Shown: positions 47,882 to 59,943, counted from the first letter of the stretch. The stretch is 64,000 bases of DNA from Bacteroidota bacterium (GCA_031417555.1 JANOVV010000028.1:77984-141983); one strand, 5' to 3'. Numbers and translations: made by a program. Notes: generated by a model from the letters alone, not told the origin.

Positions 47882-47947
47882 AAAGAAAAGCTATTAACGA
47901 GATTTAACAATGGAGCACTTTTCATGAAACACAATTTGTGAAAATTA

Positions 47948-47980
47948 AGGCGGAGACATTCTAAATGTCTCCGCTTTTTT
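47948..47980. terminator. bidirectional rho-independent terminator between the convergent OmpA-family and tauE genes
   Basis: ggcggagacat-tctaa-atgtctccgc followed by a T7 run. Confidence 0.75.
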
Positions 47981-48035
47981 TGTTGCAGGATTAATACTAA
48001 TAGCTTATTTATTATTTGAATTAATTTATCAAATT

Positions 48036-48728
48036 TTATTTAGCAGAACATTCTTTATCCTGATGATTACAACATTGGGAGCTTTCAATAGAGCCTCTTT
48101 GAATTAGCAATACAGCAAGAGCAATTGCAATAATCGGAGAAGCTTTTTTGATAAATTTTTGAAATCGAAAACCGATAAGATGCCCCGCCAGTGAAATAGT
48201 AAGCATGGCCGGCAAAGTTCCTAACCCAAACATTGCCATGTACAGCATGCCGTCGATATAATTACCTGTTGCCAATGCTCCAGCCAGAGCCAGATATACA
48301 AAGCCGCAAGGAAGCAAGCCGTTTAGTAAGCCTATTGAAAATAAAAACCATGGCGATCCCTTAGTAAATAGCTTTTTAAATTGTTTTTTTAAATTAAAAG
48401 TCAGACTACTTATTATTTTTGAAAACCTGATCAAAAACTTATTTACATACGATAAAATTACAATAAGCACAATTAAAATACCCGAAAATATACTCAACTC
48501 ACTCTGAAAACCTTTTATTGAAAAAGAATACCCGGCAAGCCCCGCAATAAGACCCATGATTGAATAAGTTACTATACGACCTATATTGTAAAGAATTCTA
48601 CCACTTGCAATTTCTTTTTTTGAACCATCTCCTTTAGGCAAAGAAACTGCAATTGGTCCGCACATACCAATGCAATGGAAGCTGCCAAGAAAGCCTACTG
48701 CTAATGCTGATAATATAAATGTATTCAT
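48036..48728 (-). CDS. sulfite exporter TauE/SafE-family membrane protein (common last gene of Bacteroidota cbb3 clusters)
   Basis: Multi-pass membrane protein with ...GSFHCIGMCGPIA... Cys motif. Position after fixH. Confidence 0.6.
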   Translation of the reverse strand: MNTFILSALAVGFLGSFHCIGMCGPIAVSLPKGDGSKKEIASGRILYNIGRIVTYSIMGLIAGLAGYSFSIKGFQSELSIFSGILIVLIVILSYVNKFLIRFSKIISSLTFNLKKQFKKLFTKGSPWFLFSIGLLNGLLPCGFVYLALAGALATGNYIDGMLYMAMFGLGTLPAMLTISLAGHLIGFRFQKFIKKASPIIAIALAVLLIQRGSIESSQCCNHQDKECSAK

Positions 48729-48729
48729 A

Positions 48730-49179
48730 TTAATTGATAAAAATATTTTCTTCCTGATAATACGATTTGTTATTGACCGTCCAATTGGTTTTTAATTTCC
48801 AATTGCCATGGGATAATTTATTTGCCTGAATTTTCTGAATATTATTTTCGTTTAATTCAATATTAACTGAGAAATCAAGATTTGCATTATCGGGCTTAAA
48901 AAAAAATAATGTTCCTTTTATTTGTGCATTAGTAAAATTACCCGGAAATTTTATTTCAACTACATTCTCATTTTTATAAAAACGGGAGACAGGTTTATCT
49001 GCTAAAGCCTCCGTATTTTGTATATTATTTATTTGATTTTGATACTTTACTGCTTTATCATAATAGTCTTCGCTCACAAGGTCGAATTTTTGATTCGTAC
49101 TTTTATAAACAAGCATACCTATCATTATCATGAATAACAGATAAAGTAAAAATATTTTATGCCCCCAGTTAAATTTCAT
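48730..49179 (-). CDS. fixH: FixH-family protein (cbb3 oxidase assembly)
   Basis: 149 aa with an N-terminal TM helix (MKFNWGHKIFLLYLLFMIMIGMLVY). Position between ccoG and tauE. Confidence 0.65.
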   Translation of the reverse strand: MKFNWGHKIFLLYLLFMIMIGMLVYKSTNQKFDLVSEDYYDKAVKYQNQINNIQNTEALADKPVSRFYKNENVVEIKFPGNFTNAQIKGTLFFFKPDNANLDFSVNIELNENNIQKIQANKLSHGNWKLKTNWTVNNKSYYQEENIFIN

Positions 49180-49192
49180 TTTTTAATTATTT

Positions 49193-50602
49193 TTAATTAT
49201 TGGGTCCCAGGAATGAACTTTTCGCATAATCTGCAATTTTATCATCACAAATAACCTGAATGGTAACAGGCGTCTTTGTTTTTTTTATCTCCTTTTGGTC
49301 GACTACAATAAAAAATTCACCTTCAGCAATTCCGTCTTCACTTAAATTATCTATTCCATTTCCAATCCATTTTATTTCGCCGGTTGGTTCAATCATTTTT
49401 AATCTGACTTTCATTTTTTGAAATGTCTTATTTACTATTTTAATGTTGTATAAATTACTGATTTTATTGTTTTCTAATTTCTGAAAAAGTAATCCCGGCG
49501 TCCGCAATACAGTTGTCTCTACATCTTCTCTTAATATTAATAATGATGTAAGTGTAGTTAGCAGAATCAACAGGATAACGGAATACCCAATAATTCGAGC
49601 TGTAATTTTATATTTTTCTTTTTTAATTATACTGTTTTCGCTGGTATAACGAATTAAGCCTCTTGGCTTATTTATTCTGTCCATAATTGTGTTGCATTCG
49701 TCAATACAAGCATTGCAGTTCACGCATTCTAATTGTGTTCCATTTCTTATATCAATTCCTGTTGGACATACATGAACACATTGATGACAGTCAATGCAGT
49801 CTCCTATTTTTCTTTCTTCATCTTTGTGAAGTTTCCCTCTGGGTTCTCCACGCTTATAATCATAAGCAATTACTACAGAATTAGGATCCAATAAAACACC
49901 TTGCAACCGACCATACGGACAAACTACCAAACAAACCTGTTCTCTGAATCTTGCGAATACACCATAAAATACTCCGGTGAATGCAAAAATGGCGACTAAA
50001 CCAATAGTATGATTAGATGGATCATCCAGAATTATTTTTTCTAATTCATCAACACCGATAATATATGCGAGAAAAGTGTTGGCTATTATAAAGGAAATCA
50101 GAAAAAAGATTCCATGCTTTAATAGTTTTTTTTTTATTTTTTCAGCTGTCAGCGGTGATTTATGCAACGTTTTCTGTTGCATGTAATCTCCTTCTATTAA
50201 GTATTCTATTTTTCGGAATACCATTTCCAGAAATATTGTTTGCGGACAAGCCCATCCGCACCATAAACGTCCGAATAAAGCAGTGAATAAAATAATAAAA
50301 ACTGCAAATGTCAGCATGGCCAACACAAATAGGAAAAAATCCTGTGGCCAAAATGCTATTCCAAAAATAATAAACTTCCGTTCCAGCACATTGAGCAGCA
50401 TAAACGGATGACCATTTATTTTAATGAATGGCTGAACAAACATTATAACCAATAAAACAATGGTAACTAATGTTCTTGCATTGTAAAGTTTTCCTTTTGG
50501 TTTTTTAGGATAAATCCATTGTCTCTTACCTTCTTTGCTGATGGTAGAAATACTATCCCTGAAACTTTCCTGGGTAAGAGGTTTATCTTTAGCTTCAATC
50601 AT
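49193..50602 (-). CDS. ccoG: cytochrome c oxidase accessory protein CcoG (membrane polyferredoxin)
   Basis: TM helices plus two 4Fe-4S motifs ...CIDCHQCVHVCPTGIDIR...CVNCNACIDEC.... Confidence 0.85.
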   Translation of the reverse strand: MIEAKDKPLTQESFRDSISTISKEGKRQWIYPKKPKGKLYNARTLVTIVLLVIMFVQPFIKINGHPFMLLNVLERKFIIFGIAFWPQDFFLFVLAMLTFAVFIILFTALFGRLWCGWACPQTIFLEMVFRKIEYLIEGDYMQQKTLHKSPLTAEKIKKKLLKHGIFFLISFIIANTFLAYIIGVDELEKIILDDPSNHTIGLVAIFAFTGVFYGVFARFREQVCLVVCPYGRLQGVLLDPNSVVIAYDYKRGEPRGKLHKDEERKIGDCIDCHQCVHVCPTGIDIRNGTQLECVNCNACIDECNTIMDRINKPRGLIRYTSENSIIKKEKYKITARIIGYSVILLILLTTLTSLLILREDVETTVLRTPGLLFQKLENNKISNLYNIKIVNKTFQKMKVRLKMIEPTGEIKWIGNGIDNLSEDGIAEGEFFIVVDQKEIKKTKTPVTIQVICDDKIADYAKSSFLGPNN

Positions 50603-50603
50603 T

Positions 50604-51614
50604 CTATTTTTTCAGTGAGCTGCCTGCAACGACCGTTGCTGAAGTATCTGTTGTTTGGTTCAAGGTTTCAACCCATTTATCACCTTGCGGTTCTTTTGCA
50701 ACTAAAGGTTTTGTTCCGTGAAGAGTGAGAATAAAACTGGCTACTTGTTGCATTTGTTTCGGTGTAAGTTGTGTTTTCCAGGAAATCATTCCTTTGGCAG
50801 GTACGCCATTCGTAATAGTAGCATATACATTCTTAATTCCTCCGCCATGTATCCAGAAATCATCTGTTAAATTAGGACCAACTTGTCCGCCACCATCTGC
50901 CAGGTGACAAGCAACGCAATTTTTATCGAAAATATTTTTTCCTTCAGTAAGTCCGTTCACATCTGTTAGCGCAATTACATTTTCTTCATTTACATTTTCT
51001 CCTGAAATTTTTATTCTTTCTTCTTTTGCAATTTGTGCTTGTGTTAATTCATCTTTATATTCCTGCAGTTGTAATTTACCGGTTCCCGAAACATGATAAG
51101 AAATCATATATACAACTGCAAAAAAAATTGTAAAGATAAATCCCCATTTCCACCATGGAGGAAGACTATTATCCAATTCACGAATACCATCGTAATTATG
51201 ATCAAGCATTATATCTGCTTCTTTTTCAATCGGAATTGCACGTGTCAAAAATTTTCGATCAAATTTTGCCCAAACACCTTCTTTATCTTCAATTTTTTTT
51301 CTGTGAATTGGTAAATTCTTTTCAGGTGAACTTTCGGCCGGGCCATAGTGCCGCATGATAGCTTTTAAAGACGAATACAATGCAAATATTGTAATAGTCA
51401 TTATAAAGAATAGTAATATTAACAACCATGTCGAGGCATCGTAATCGAATATTTTTGTAAATCCGGCTCTGGCACCGCGATTTATGGGAGCAGTAGTTTG
51501 TGCATTTGTCTGTAGCGAAAGTAAAAATGCAGATACTACGGTTAAGTAAGATTTATTTTTGAAATTAATTTTATTATTCATACGTGATGAGTTATTGTTT
51601 ATTGAATTCATCAT
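50604..51614 (-). CDS. ccoP: cbb3-type cytochrome c oxidase subunit III (CcoP), apparently monoheme
   Basis: FixO/CcoP N-terminal domain (DHNYDGIRELDNSLPPWW), a TM helix, and a single CxxCH (NCVACH). The true start is probably an internal Met. Confidence 0.75.
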   Translation of the reverse strand: MMNSINNNSSRMNNKINFKNKSYLTVVSAFLLSLQTNAQTTAPINRGARAGFTKIFDYDASTWLLILLFFIMTITIFALYSSLKAIMRHYGPAESSPEKNLPIHRKKIEDKEGVWAKFDRKFLTRAIPIEKEADIMLDHNYDGIRELDNSLPPWWKWGFIFTIFFAVVYMISYHVSGTGKLQLQEYKDELTQAQIAKEERIKISGENVNEENVIALTDVNGLTEGKNIFDKNCVACHLADGGGQVGPNLTDDFWIHGGGIKNVYATITNGVPAKGMISWKTQLTPKQMQQVASFILTLHGTKPLVAKEPQGDKWVETLNQTTDTSATVVAGSSLKK

Positions 51615-51771
51615 TATTAGTTAATGGTGCATGACTCATTTCTTCAAGATGTTTTTTGTCAGCTTTTATTACCCATATAAACATTCCGATAAAGAAAATA
51701 AAGAATACTAGCAATGAAAACATAGGATAAATTCCAATTCCATCAATTTTTTCTAAAGTGTTCTTAAACAT
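51592..51771 (-). CDS. ccoQ: small CcoQ/FixQ-like membrane protein (59 aa) that is missing from the ORF track
   Basis: Manual translation: MFKNTLEKIDGIGIYPMFSLLVFFIFFIGMFIWVIKADKKHLEEMSHAPLTNNDEFNKQ. One TM helix. Lies between ccoNO and ccoP. Confidence 0.5.
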   Translation of the reverse strand: MFKNTLEKIDGIGIYPMFSLLVFFIFFIGMFIWVIKADKKHLEEMSHAPLTNNDEFNKQ

Positions 51772-51787
51772 TTTTTATTTTTTATTA

Positions 51788-53920
51788 TTATTTATTAAAA
51801 TCGCTTGTTGTTTTATTTCCTTTTATATCGGTACCTAATCGTTGCAGGTAAGCGGTAATTGCAACAATTTCTTTAAGTGCGTCTACTTTTATTCCATCTT
51901 TTTTTAGATTTTCGGAAATTTTATTTGCCTGTTTCATTAAATCTTTATTGGCTGATAAATCATAGTTACTTTCATACGGAACACCTAGCGTAATCATTGC
52001 CCTGATTTTCGCCGCTGTTGTAGATGTATCTAAATTCTGCTCAATCATAAATTCATAAGCCGGCATGATTGAACCCGGCGACATTGTTGTAGGATCCATC
52101 ATATGATTGTAATGCCAAGAATCAGGATATTTACCACCTTCACGATGTAAATCAGGCCCGGTTCTTTTTGAACCCCATTGGAATGGATGATCATAAACAA
52201 ATTCACCTGCTTTTGAGTATTCTCCATAGCGCTCAGTTTCTGAACGAAACGGACGTATCATTTGAGAATGGCATGTGTAACATCCTTCTCTGACATAAAT
52301 ATCACGACCTTGTAATTCAAGAGGCGTATAGGGTTTTACACTCGCTATCGTCGGTATATTTGATTTAATCATGAACGTCGGTATCATTTCAACAACACCG
52401 CCGATAAGAATTACAATTAAACTCCATAACAACATTGTAATTGGTCTGCGTTCTATCCATCGATGCCAGTGTCCTCCTTTATTTGCAACATAAACTTTCT
52501 CAAGCGCCGGAGCTTCTGCCGGTTCATCTGCAACCAGTTTTCCGGCCCGCATTGTCAAAACCAGATTGTAAACCATCGCCAGTGCACCAATTAGGTAAAG
52601 ACTACCACCAACAGATCTCAGAGCATACATTGGTTTTATTTGCACAACCGTTTCTAAAAAATTCGGATAACGTAGAATTCCGTCAGCCGTAAACTCTTTC
52701 CACATCAGGCTTTGCGTAAATCCTGCCCAATACATTGGAATAGTATAGAATAAAATTCCTAAAGTGCCAATCCAGAAATGAAATCCCGCAAGTTTTTTCG
52801 AGTAAAGTGGTGTATTGAATATTCTCGGTATTATCCAGTATAATATTCCAAAAGTCAGAAAACCATTCCATCCTAAAGCCCCGACATGCACATGTGCTAT
52901 TGTCCAATCTGTAAAATGAGAAATTGCATTTACACTTTTTAATGAAAGCATCGGGCCTTCAAAAGTTGCCATACCATAAGCGGTTACAGCTACTACCATA
53001 AATTTTAAAACAACATCATCGCGTACTCTATCCCAGGCACCTCTTAATGTTAATAAACCATTTATCATTCCTCCCCACGATGGTGCAATAAGCATTATTG
53101 AAAATACAACACCAAGTGATTGTGCCCAATCTGGTAAAGCTGTGTATAAAAGATGATGGGGCCCTGCCCATATGTATAAAAATATTAATGCCCAGAAATG
53201 GATGATTGACAAACGGTAAGAGTAAACCGGGCGATTGGCAGCCTTCGGTAAAAAATAATACATCAATCCGAGATAAGGCGTAGTCAAAAAGAAAGCTACT
53301 GCATTGTGTCCATACCACCATTGAACCAATGCATCCTGAACACCGGCATAAACAGGATAACTCTTTGTTAAACTAATAGGTATTTCCATTGAGTTAACAA
53401 TGTGTAGAACAGCAACGGTTATAACTGTGGCTATATAAAACCAAATGGCTACGTAAAGATGCCTTTCTCTCCTCTTAATGATGGTCCCAAACATATTGAT
53501 TGCAAAAATCACCCAGACAAGTGCAATTAAAATATCAATAGGCCATTCAAGTTCTGCATATTCTTTACTCGTTGTAATTCCTAGAGGTAATGTAACAGCT
53601 GCTAATACAATTATTGATTGCCAACCCCAGAAATGTACTTTACTTAATACATCACTGAACATCCTTGCCTTACATAATCGCTGAAGAGAATAATACAACC
53701 CCATAAAAATTCCATTTCCAACAAAAGCAAAAATTACAGCATTCGTATGCAACGGCCGAATTCGGCCGAATGAAGCATGTGGATCAAAATTTAAACCGGG
53801 GTAGGTGAGTTGTAAGGCCGCAAAAAGACCTACCAACATACCTACTATTCCCCAAACCATTGTTGCAATTGCAAAGTTTTTTACGATACGATTATCGTAA
53901 CTGAATTTTTCAATAGTCAT
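51788..53920 (-). CDS. ccoNO: cbb3-type cytochrome c oxidase subunits I and II fused (CcoNO)
   Basis: CcoN motifs (...RIRPLHTNAVIF..., WWYGHNAV, GPHHLLY, HVHVGALG). A C-terminal CcoO-like monoheme domain (EGCYTCHSQMIRPF...). Confidence 0.9.
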   Translation of the reverse strand: MTIEKFSYDNRIVKNFAIATMVWGIVGMLVGLFAALQLTYPGLNFDPHASFGRIRPLHTNAVIFAFVGNGIFMGLYYSLQRLCKARMFSDVLSKVHFWGWQSIIVLAAVTLPLGITTSKEYAELEWPIDILIALVWVIFAINMFGTIIKRRERHLYVAIWFYIATVITVAVLHIVNSMEIPISLTKSYPVYAGVQDALVQWWYGHNAVAFFLTTPYLGLMYYFLPKAANRPVYSYRLSIIHFWALIFLYIWAGPHHLLYTALPDWAQSLGVVFSIMLIAPSWGGMINGLLTLRGAWDRVRDDVVLKFMVVAVTAYGMATFEGPMLSLKSVNAISHFTDWTIAHVHVGALGWNGFLTFGILYWIIPRIFNTPLYSKKLAGFHFWIGTLGILFYTIPMYWAGFTQSLMWKEFTADGILRYPNFLETVVQIKPMYALRSVGGSLYLIGALAMVYNLVLTMRAGKLVADEPAEAPALEKVYVANKGGHWHRWIERRPITMLLWSLIVILIGGVVEMIPTFMIKSNIPTIASVKPYTPLELQGRDIYVREGCYTCHSQMIRPFRSETERYGEYSKAGEFVYDHPFQWGSKRTGPDLHREGGKYPDSWHYNHMMDPTTMSPGSIMPAYEFMIEQNLDTSTTAAKIRAMITLGVPYESNYDLSANKDLMKQANKISENLKKDGIKVDALKEIVAITAYLQRLGTDIKGNKTTSDFNK

Positions 53921-53923
53921 AAC

Positions 53924-54121
53924 CTAGTCTGATGTTTTTTGAAGTGTAGTTTTTGTTTCTTTATTTTCAATATCTTTTTTTAATTCGTCATCAAAAAGCA
54001 TTCTTACCGATGGTGTATAATCGTCTTCGTACTGACCATTTTTAATAGACCAAATAAATGCTATTAAAAATCCGGTCGCAACAAGTAAACTAATCGCGAT
54101 AAGAATGAAAATGACGCTCAA
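53924..54121 (-). CDS. ccoS: cbb3 oxidase maturation protein CcoS/FixS
   Basis: 65 aa with one TM helix, then ...WSIKNGQYEDDYTPSVRMLFDDE (CcoS signature GQ[FY]DD). Confidence 0.7.
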   Translation of the reverse strand: MSVIFILIAISLLVATGFLIAFIWSIKNGQYEDDYTPSVRMLFDDELKKDIENKETKTTLQKTSD

Positions 54122-54210
54122 TTTTAATTTAAATTATTTTTTTTGGATCAGACAAACATATTTAGGTCTAAACATTATTAGCATGAGGTTTATTATTTTT
54201 AAACATGATA

Positions 54211-56628
54211 TTAATCAGTTTTATTAAAAGATAATTTTCTCCCTGCTAAAGAACTTGCAATTAATGTGAAAAAAACAAGTGATAAAGTACTTACCGGCAT
54301 CAATATCGCTGCTATAACCGGCGAAAGTGTTCCCTGAACTGCAAATGATAATCCAATAAAGTTATATACTAAAGAAATAAAAAAACTCCATTTAATAATT
54401 TTAATTGCGGATTTAGAATATTGTAGCAAAGAAAAAATATTCAGAAATTGAGAAGAGTCAATTATTCCATCACTGGCGGGTGAAAAATTATTGATATCAT
54501 CCGAAACCGATAATCCGACATCGCTTTGAATTAATGCACCTGCATCGTTTAATCCATCGCCAATCATCATTACTTTATTTCCTTTCGACTGAAGATATTT
54601 GATGTAATTTGATTTATCCTCCGGAAATTGATTGAAAAGTAATTCAGTTTTTATGCCAAATAAATTCTTTAAAACATTTTCTTCCGAATTATTATCACCC
54701 GACAATACCGATAATTTGTAATTTTTATTCTTAAGAAAGTGAATTAATTTGGAAATGGAAGGTCGATATTCATTTCCAAAACCAAAATAACCATAAAAGA
54801 TTCCATCAATTGAAAGGTATACTTTTGTAATTTTAGTATCGAGGTCATTAATTTCACAATTGTTTTCTACGAATTTACGTTGCCCTAATTTTACTTCCCT
54901 TCCGGCAACACTGCCACTAATGCCTTTTCCGGGATATTCTTTAAAATTTAGTATTGTTACCGGCTTTAGGGTTAATAATGATTTACTTATACGCTGACTC
55001 AAAGGATGAGACGATTGCCTCGCCAACGAAAAAATTAATTTCTTCTCTTCTAAAGTTAAAAATTTTCCTTCATAAGTGATTTTTGAATTGTTGTTAACTG
55101 TCAGAGTTCCTGTTTTGTCAAAAACTATCGTGTCAATATCTGCCAGTTTACTTATAATGGAATTGTTTTTTAAGTAAATTTTATTTTTTCCAAGAATTCT
55201 TAAAATATTTCCAAATGTAAATGGGCCGGCTAATGCAAAGGCGCATGGACAAGCAATTATCAGGACTGCGGTAAATGCATTTAAAGCCCTGTGAACATCA
55301 CTTCTTATCCAATATAGTCCGGCAGCGGTAGCAATAAATAACGTAAGCAGAATAAACCATCTGCTAAATGCATTCACATATTTTTGAAATCTATTTTCAC
55401 CGGTTATTGTTTTATGTCTATTCCATAATTGAGTAAGGTGTGATTGCGAGACTTCTTTAATTACCTTTAATTCTATAATACCTCCGATTTGTTTACCTCC
55501 GGCAAAAATTACTTCTCCATGATTAATTTTGCAAGGCTTCGATTCGCCTGTAGCAAAACTGTAATCAATATTGGCAATTCCGTTTATTAAAATTGAATCA
55601 ACAGGAATAATCTCATTGCTTCTAACTAAAAATTTGTCGTCAACTTTTAAATTATAAACAGATACTGTTTTTTCAATTCCATTTTTTATAATACTTACAG
55701 CAATTGGAAAATAAGATTTATAATCTCGCTCGAAAGAAAGAGAGTCAAATGTATAATCTTGAAATTTCCTGCCAACCAACATGAAAAATACAAGTCCCGA
55801 CATACTGTCAAAGTATCCGGCTCCTGTATGACTGATTATCTCATAGCTGCTGCGTAAAAACATGGCTAATATGCCTAATGAAATAGGAATATCTATACTT
55901 ATCGTTTTTTGCTTTATCCCTCTCCAGGCATTAATGAAAAATTCAGAAGAACAAAAGAAAAATACCGGCAAAGCAAGAAATAAGATCAGGTTGCTGAAAA
56001 ATATTTTAAGACCCGGTTCTATTATATTCCCTCCTGAAAAATATTCCGGAAAACTTAACATCATTATATTTCCCAAACAAAAGCCTGCAACACCAATCCG
56101 GTAAATCCGGCTTTTATCATTAACCTTAATTTTCTTTTTATCGAGCGAATCAAGGTTTATTAATGGTTCATATCCTATTTTCGAAAGTTGTTCTACAATT
56201 TCTTTCAAATTGGTTTTATCATCATCGAAAATAACACTCAGTTCTTTTTTTAAAAAATCAACACGCGATGAAATTACACCTGTGTTAATGCGTTGCATAT
56301 TTTCCAATAACCAAATACAACTGCTACAATGCATTCGGGGAATATGAAATGTAATATAGTTGTTGTTTTTATCTTTAAAGCTGATAAGTTTTTGCTTAAT
56401 AATCGGATCTTCCAGAAATGTGAACCGTGTTGAACCTATAGAATCAGGTTGTTTAATTCCCGGTGTATTATTTAAAGAATAAAAAGTGCATAAATTATTA
56501 TCTACTAAAATTTCATACACCAGCTTACAACCTTCACAACAGAAAAGATTTTCTTCTGAACGGATTAATTCATTCGGACATGGATCTCCGCAATGGTAAC
56601 AAATAAGCTTCGTACTGACTTCTGCCAT
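54211..56628 (-). CDS. ccoI: copper-translocating P1B-type ATPase CcoI/FixI
   Basis: N-terminal metal-binding cysteines (CYHCGDPC...CEGC). CPC motif (IIACPCAFALA), DKTGTLT and GDGLNDAGAL. Confidence 0.9.
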   Translation of the reverse strand: MAEVSTKLICYHCGDPCPNELIRSEENLFCCEGCKLVYEILVDNNLCTFYSLNNTPGIKQPDSIGSTRFTFLEDPIIKQKLISFKDKNNNYITFHIPRMHCSSCIWLLENMQRINTGVISSRVDFLKKELSVIFDDDKTNLKEIVEQLSKIGYEPLINLDSLDKKKIKVNDKSRIYRIGVAGFCLGNIMMLSFPEYFSGGNIIEPGLKIFFSNLILFLALPVFFFCSSEFFINAWRGIKQKTISIDIPISLGILAMFLRSSYEIISHTGAGYFDSMSGLVFFMLVGRKFQDYTFDSLSFERDYKSYFPIAVSIIKNGIEKTVSVYNLKVDDKFLVRSNEIIPVDSILINGIANIDYSFATGESKPCKINHGEVIFAGGKQIGGIIELKVIKEVSQSHLTQLWNRHKTITGENRFQKYVNAFSRWFILLTLFIATAAGLYWIRSDVHRALNAFTAVLIIACPCAFALAGPFTFGNILRILGKNKIYLKNNSIISKLADIDTIVFDKTGTLTVNNNSKITYEGKFLTLEEKKLIFSLARQSSHPLSQRISKSLLTLKPVTILNFKEYPGKGISGSVAGREVKLGQRKFVENNCEINDLDTKITKVYLSIDGIFYGYFGFGNEYRPSISKLIHFLKNKNYKLSVLSGDNNSEENVLKNLFGIKTELLFNQFPEDKSNYIKYLQSKGNKVMMIGDGLNDAGALIQSDVGLSVSDDINNFSPASDGIIDSSQFLNIFSLLQYSKSAIKIIKWSFFISLVYNFIGLSFAVQGTLSPVIAAILMPVSTLSLVFFTLIASSLAGRKLSFNKTD

Positions 56629-56811
56629 TAAAATATTTTAATCAGTGCAATTATAATAATTTTAATAATTTAAGTCATGTTTCATGGAAAGTATCATAAT
56701 TCAATATGATCGATGTCAGTTTTTTAAAAAAGAATATTATGAATTATTGAAAAATGATTAAAATCATATTTGTATTCTTCAAAGAAAATAATATTTGTAT
56801 AAAATTTATTC

Positions 56812-57234
56812 ATGAGTAAAGCAATTTATATCGTAGTCGATGAATCTCAAACTATTGAAAGTGTTCAAAAAAAATTCAATAGTGCTTTCCCGTTTTTAAA
56901 AATCGAATTTTTTAAAGATTCTCATATTATAGGCTCCGGAAGTAAGAAAAAGAGGATGTATGAATCAGCTTCTATTAAATTAATCAATCTAAATAAAAAT
57001 TTTAAACGGGGAAGGATTTCAATAGAAGCCAATCAGACTGTCGCAAATTTAGAATCGGATTTTCAAAAGCAATTTGGTTTAAGTATTCAGGTGTTTCGTA
57101 AATCCGGAAAAGTTTGGTTAGAAACTTCAGTCACTGATTCATGGACATTGGATGAGCAAAATAAAGAAGGACTCAGATTCAGTAAAGAAATTAAAGCAGA
57201 AAAAGAAGATTTTAACGATCATGATATTTGGTAA
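56812..57234 (+). CDS. hypothetical protein
   Basis: 140-aa ORF with no recognisable motif. Confidence 0.3.
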   Translation: MSKAIYIVVDESQTIESVQKKFNSAFPFLKIEFFKDSHIIGSGSKKKRMYESASIKLINLNKNFKRGRISIEANQTVANLESDFQKQFGLSIQVFRKSGKVWLETSVTDSWTLDEQNKEGLRFSKEIKAEKEDFNDHDIW

Positions 57235-57246
57235 AAAATAAAAATT

Positions 57247-57984
57247 ATGGAAGAATTTGAAAAATTAACACTTGCAAAAATAGTGTCACTGAAACCCGAA
57301 GCGGCATCACTGTTTGAAAAACATCATCTGGATTTTTGTTGTAAAGGTAATCAAACCTTGGCTGAAGCATTAATTAATGATGAACAAAAAAAGAATGAAG
57401 TTACAAAAGTTTTAAAGGACATCTTCAATGAAAAGGATGCTAAGCTGGGAATAAAATTCGATGACCTTGCATTATGTAAATTAATTGATTATATCATTGA
57501 AATTCATCATCGTTATGTTAAAGAAACAGGCGCCGTAATATTAAATCATTTAGACAAAGTGGTTTCAAAACACAGCGAACGGCACCTTGAACTTATTAAA
57601 ATTAAAGATTTATTTTCTGAAGTTAAACGGGAATTGGAACAACATATGATGAAAGAAGAGGTAATCCTGTTTCCTAGAATAAAAGAAATGGAATTAATGG
57701 ATAATAATAATGTTAAAGAAAGTCAATTAGTCTTTATTGATGCCCCTATTCATGTTATGGAAATTGAACATGAAAAAGCAGCAAACCTTCTTAATGAGAT
57801 CAATGGGTTAACAAATGATTTTACCGTTCCTGCTGATGCTTGCACAACTTTTCGCTTAACCTATGATGAATTAAAAATGTTTGAACATGATTTACACAAA
57901 CATGTTCATCTTGAAAATAATTTACTTTTTCCTAAAGCATTGTTATTGCAAAATAAATTGGAAAAAATAGTTTCGGCTAATTAA
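57247..57984 (+). CDS. ric: iron-sulfur cluster repair di-iron protein (RIC/ScdA/YtfE family; hemerythrin-like)
   Basis: N-terminal ScdA_N-like ...DFCCKGNQTLAEA.... Hemerythrin-type H...E / HxxxE...H...E motifs (EIHHRYVKE..., HMMKEEVILFP, HVMEIEHEK, HLENNLLFP). Confidence 0.75.
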   Translation: MEEFEKLTLAKIVSLKPEAASLFEKHHLDFCCKGNQTLAEALINDEQKKNEVTKVLKDIFNEKDAKLGIKFDDLALCKLIDYIIEIHHRYVKETGAVILNHLDKVVSKHSERHLELIKIKDLFSEVKRELEQHMMKEEVILFPRIKEMELMDNNNVKESQLVFIDAPIHVMEIEHEKAANLLNEINGLTNDFTVPADACTTFRLTYDELKMFEHDLHKHVHLENNLLFPKALLLQNKLEKIVSAN

Positions 57985-57991
57985 TTAAAAA

Positions 57992-59753
<1,762 letters not shown>

Positions 59754-59856
59754 TTAGTGTATATAATAATCACGACAATTTTGAATGGAAAAATAAAATC
59801 TGAATAATTTATAAAATAAGTACCGGTAAAAAATAACAAAATAAATCCGTGAAAAT

Positions 59857-59886
59857 CCGTTTAATCTGTTTCATCCGTGTTCTATT
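59857..59886 (+). promoter_or_regulatory. 30-nt conserved element (ccgtttaatctgtttcatccgtgttctatt) ~60 nt upstream of the tnaA-like start, preceded by further AATCCGT repeats spaced ~11 nt apart (59843-59856)
   Basis: 26/30 identity with 33495-33524. Direct repeats aaatccgtgaaaatccgttt. Confidence 0.4.
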
Positions 59887-59943
59887 TTTAAAAAAAACTA
59901 TTGAGTTAATATAAATATAGATTAACATTTAAATCATTCGAAA

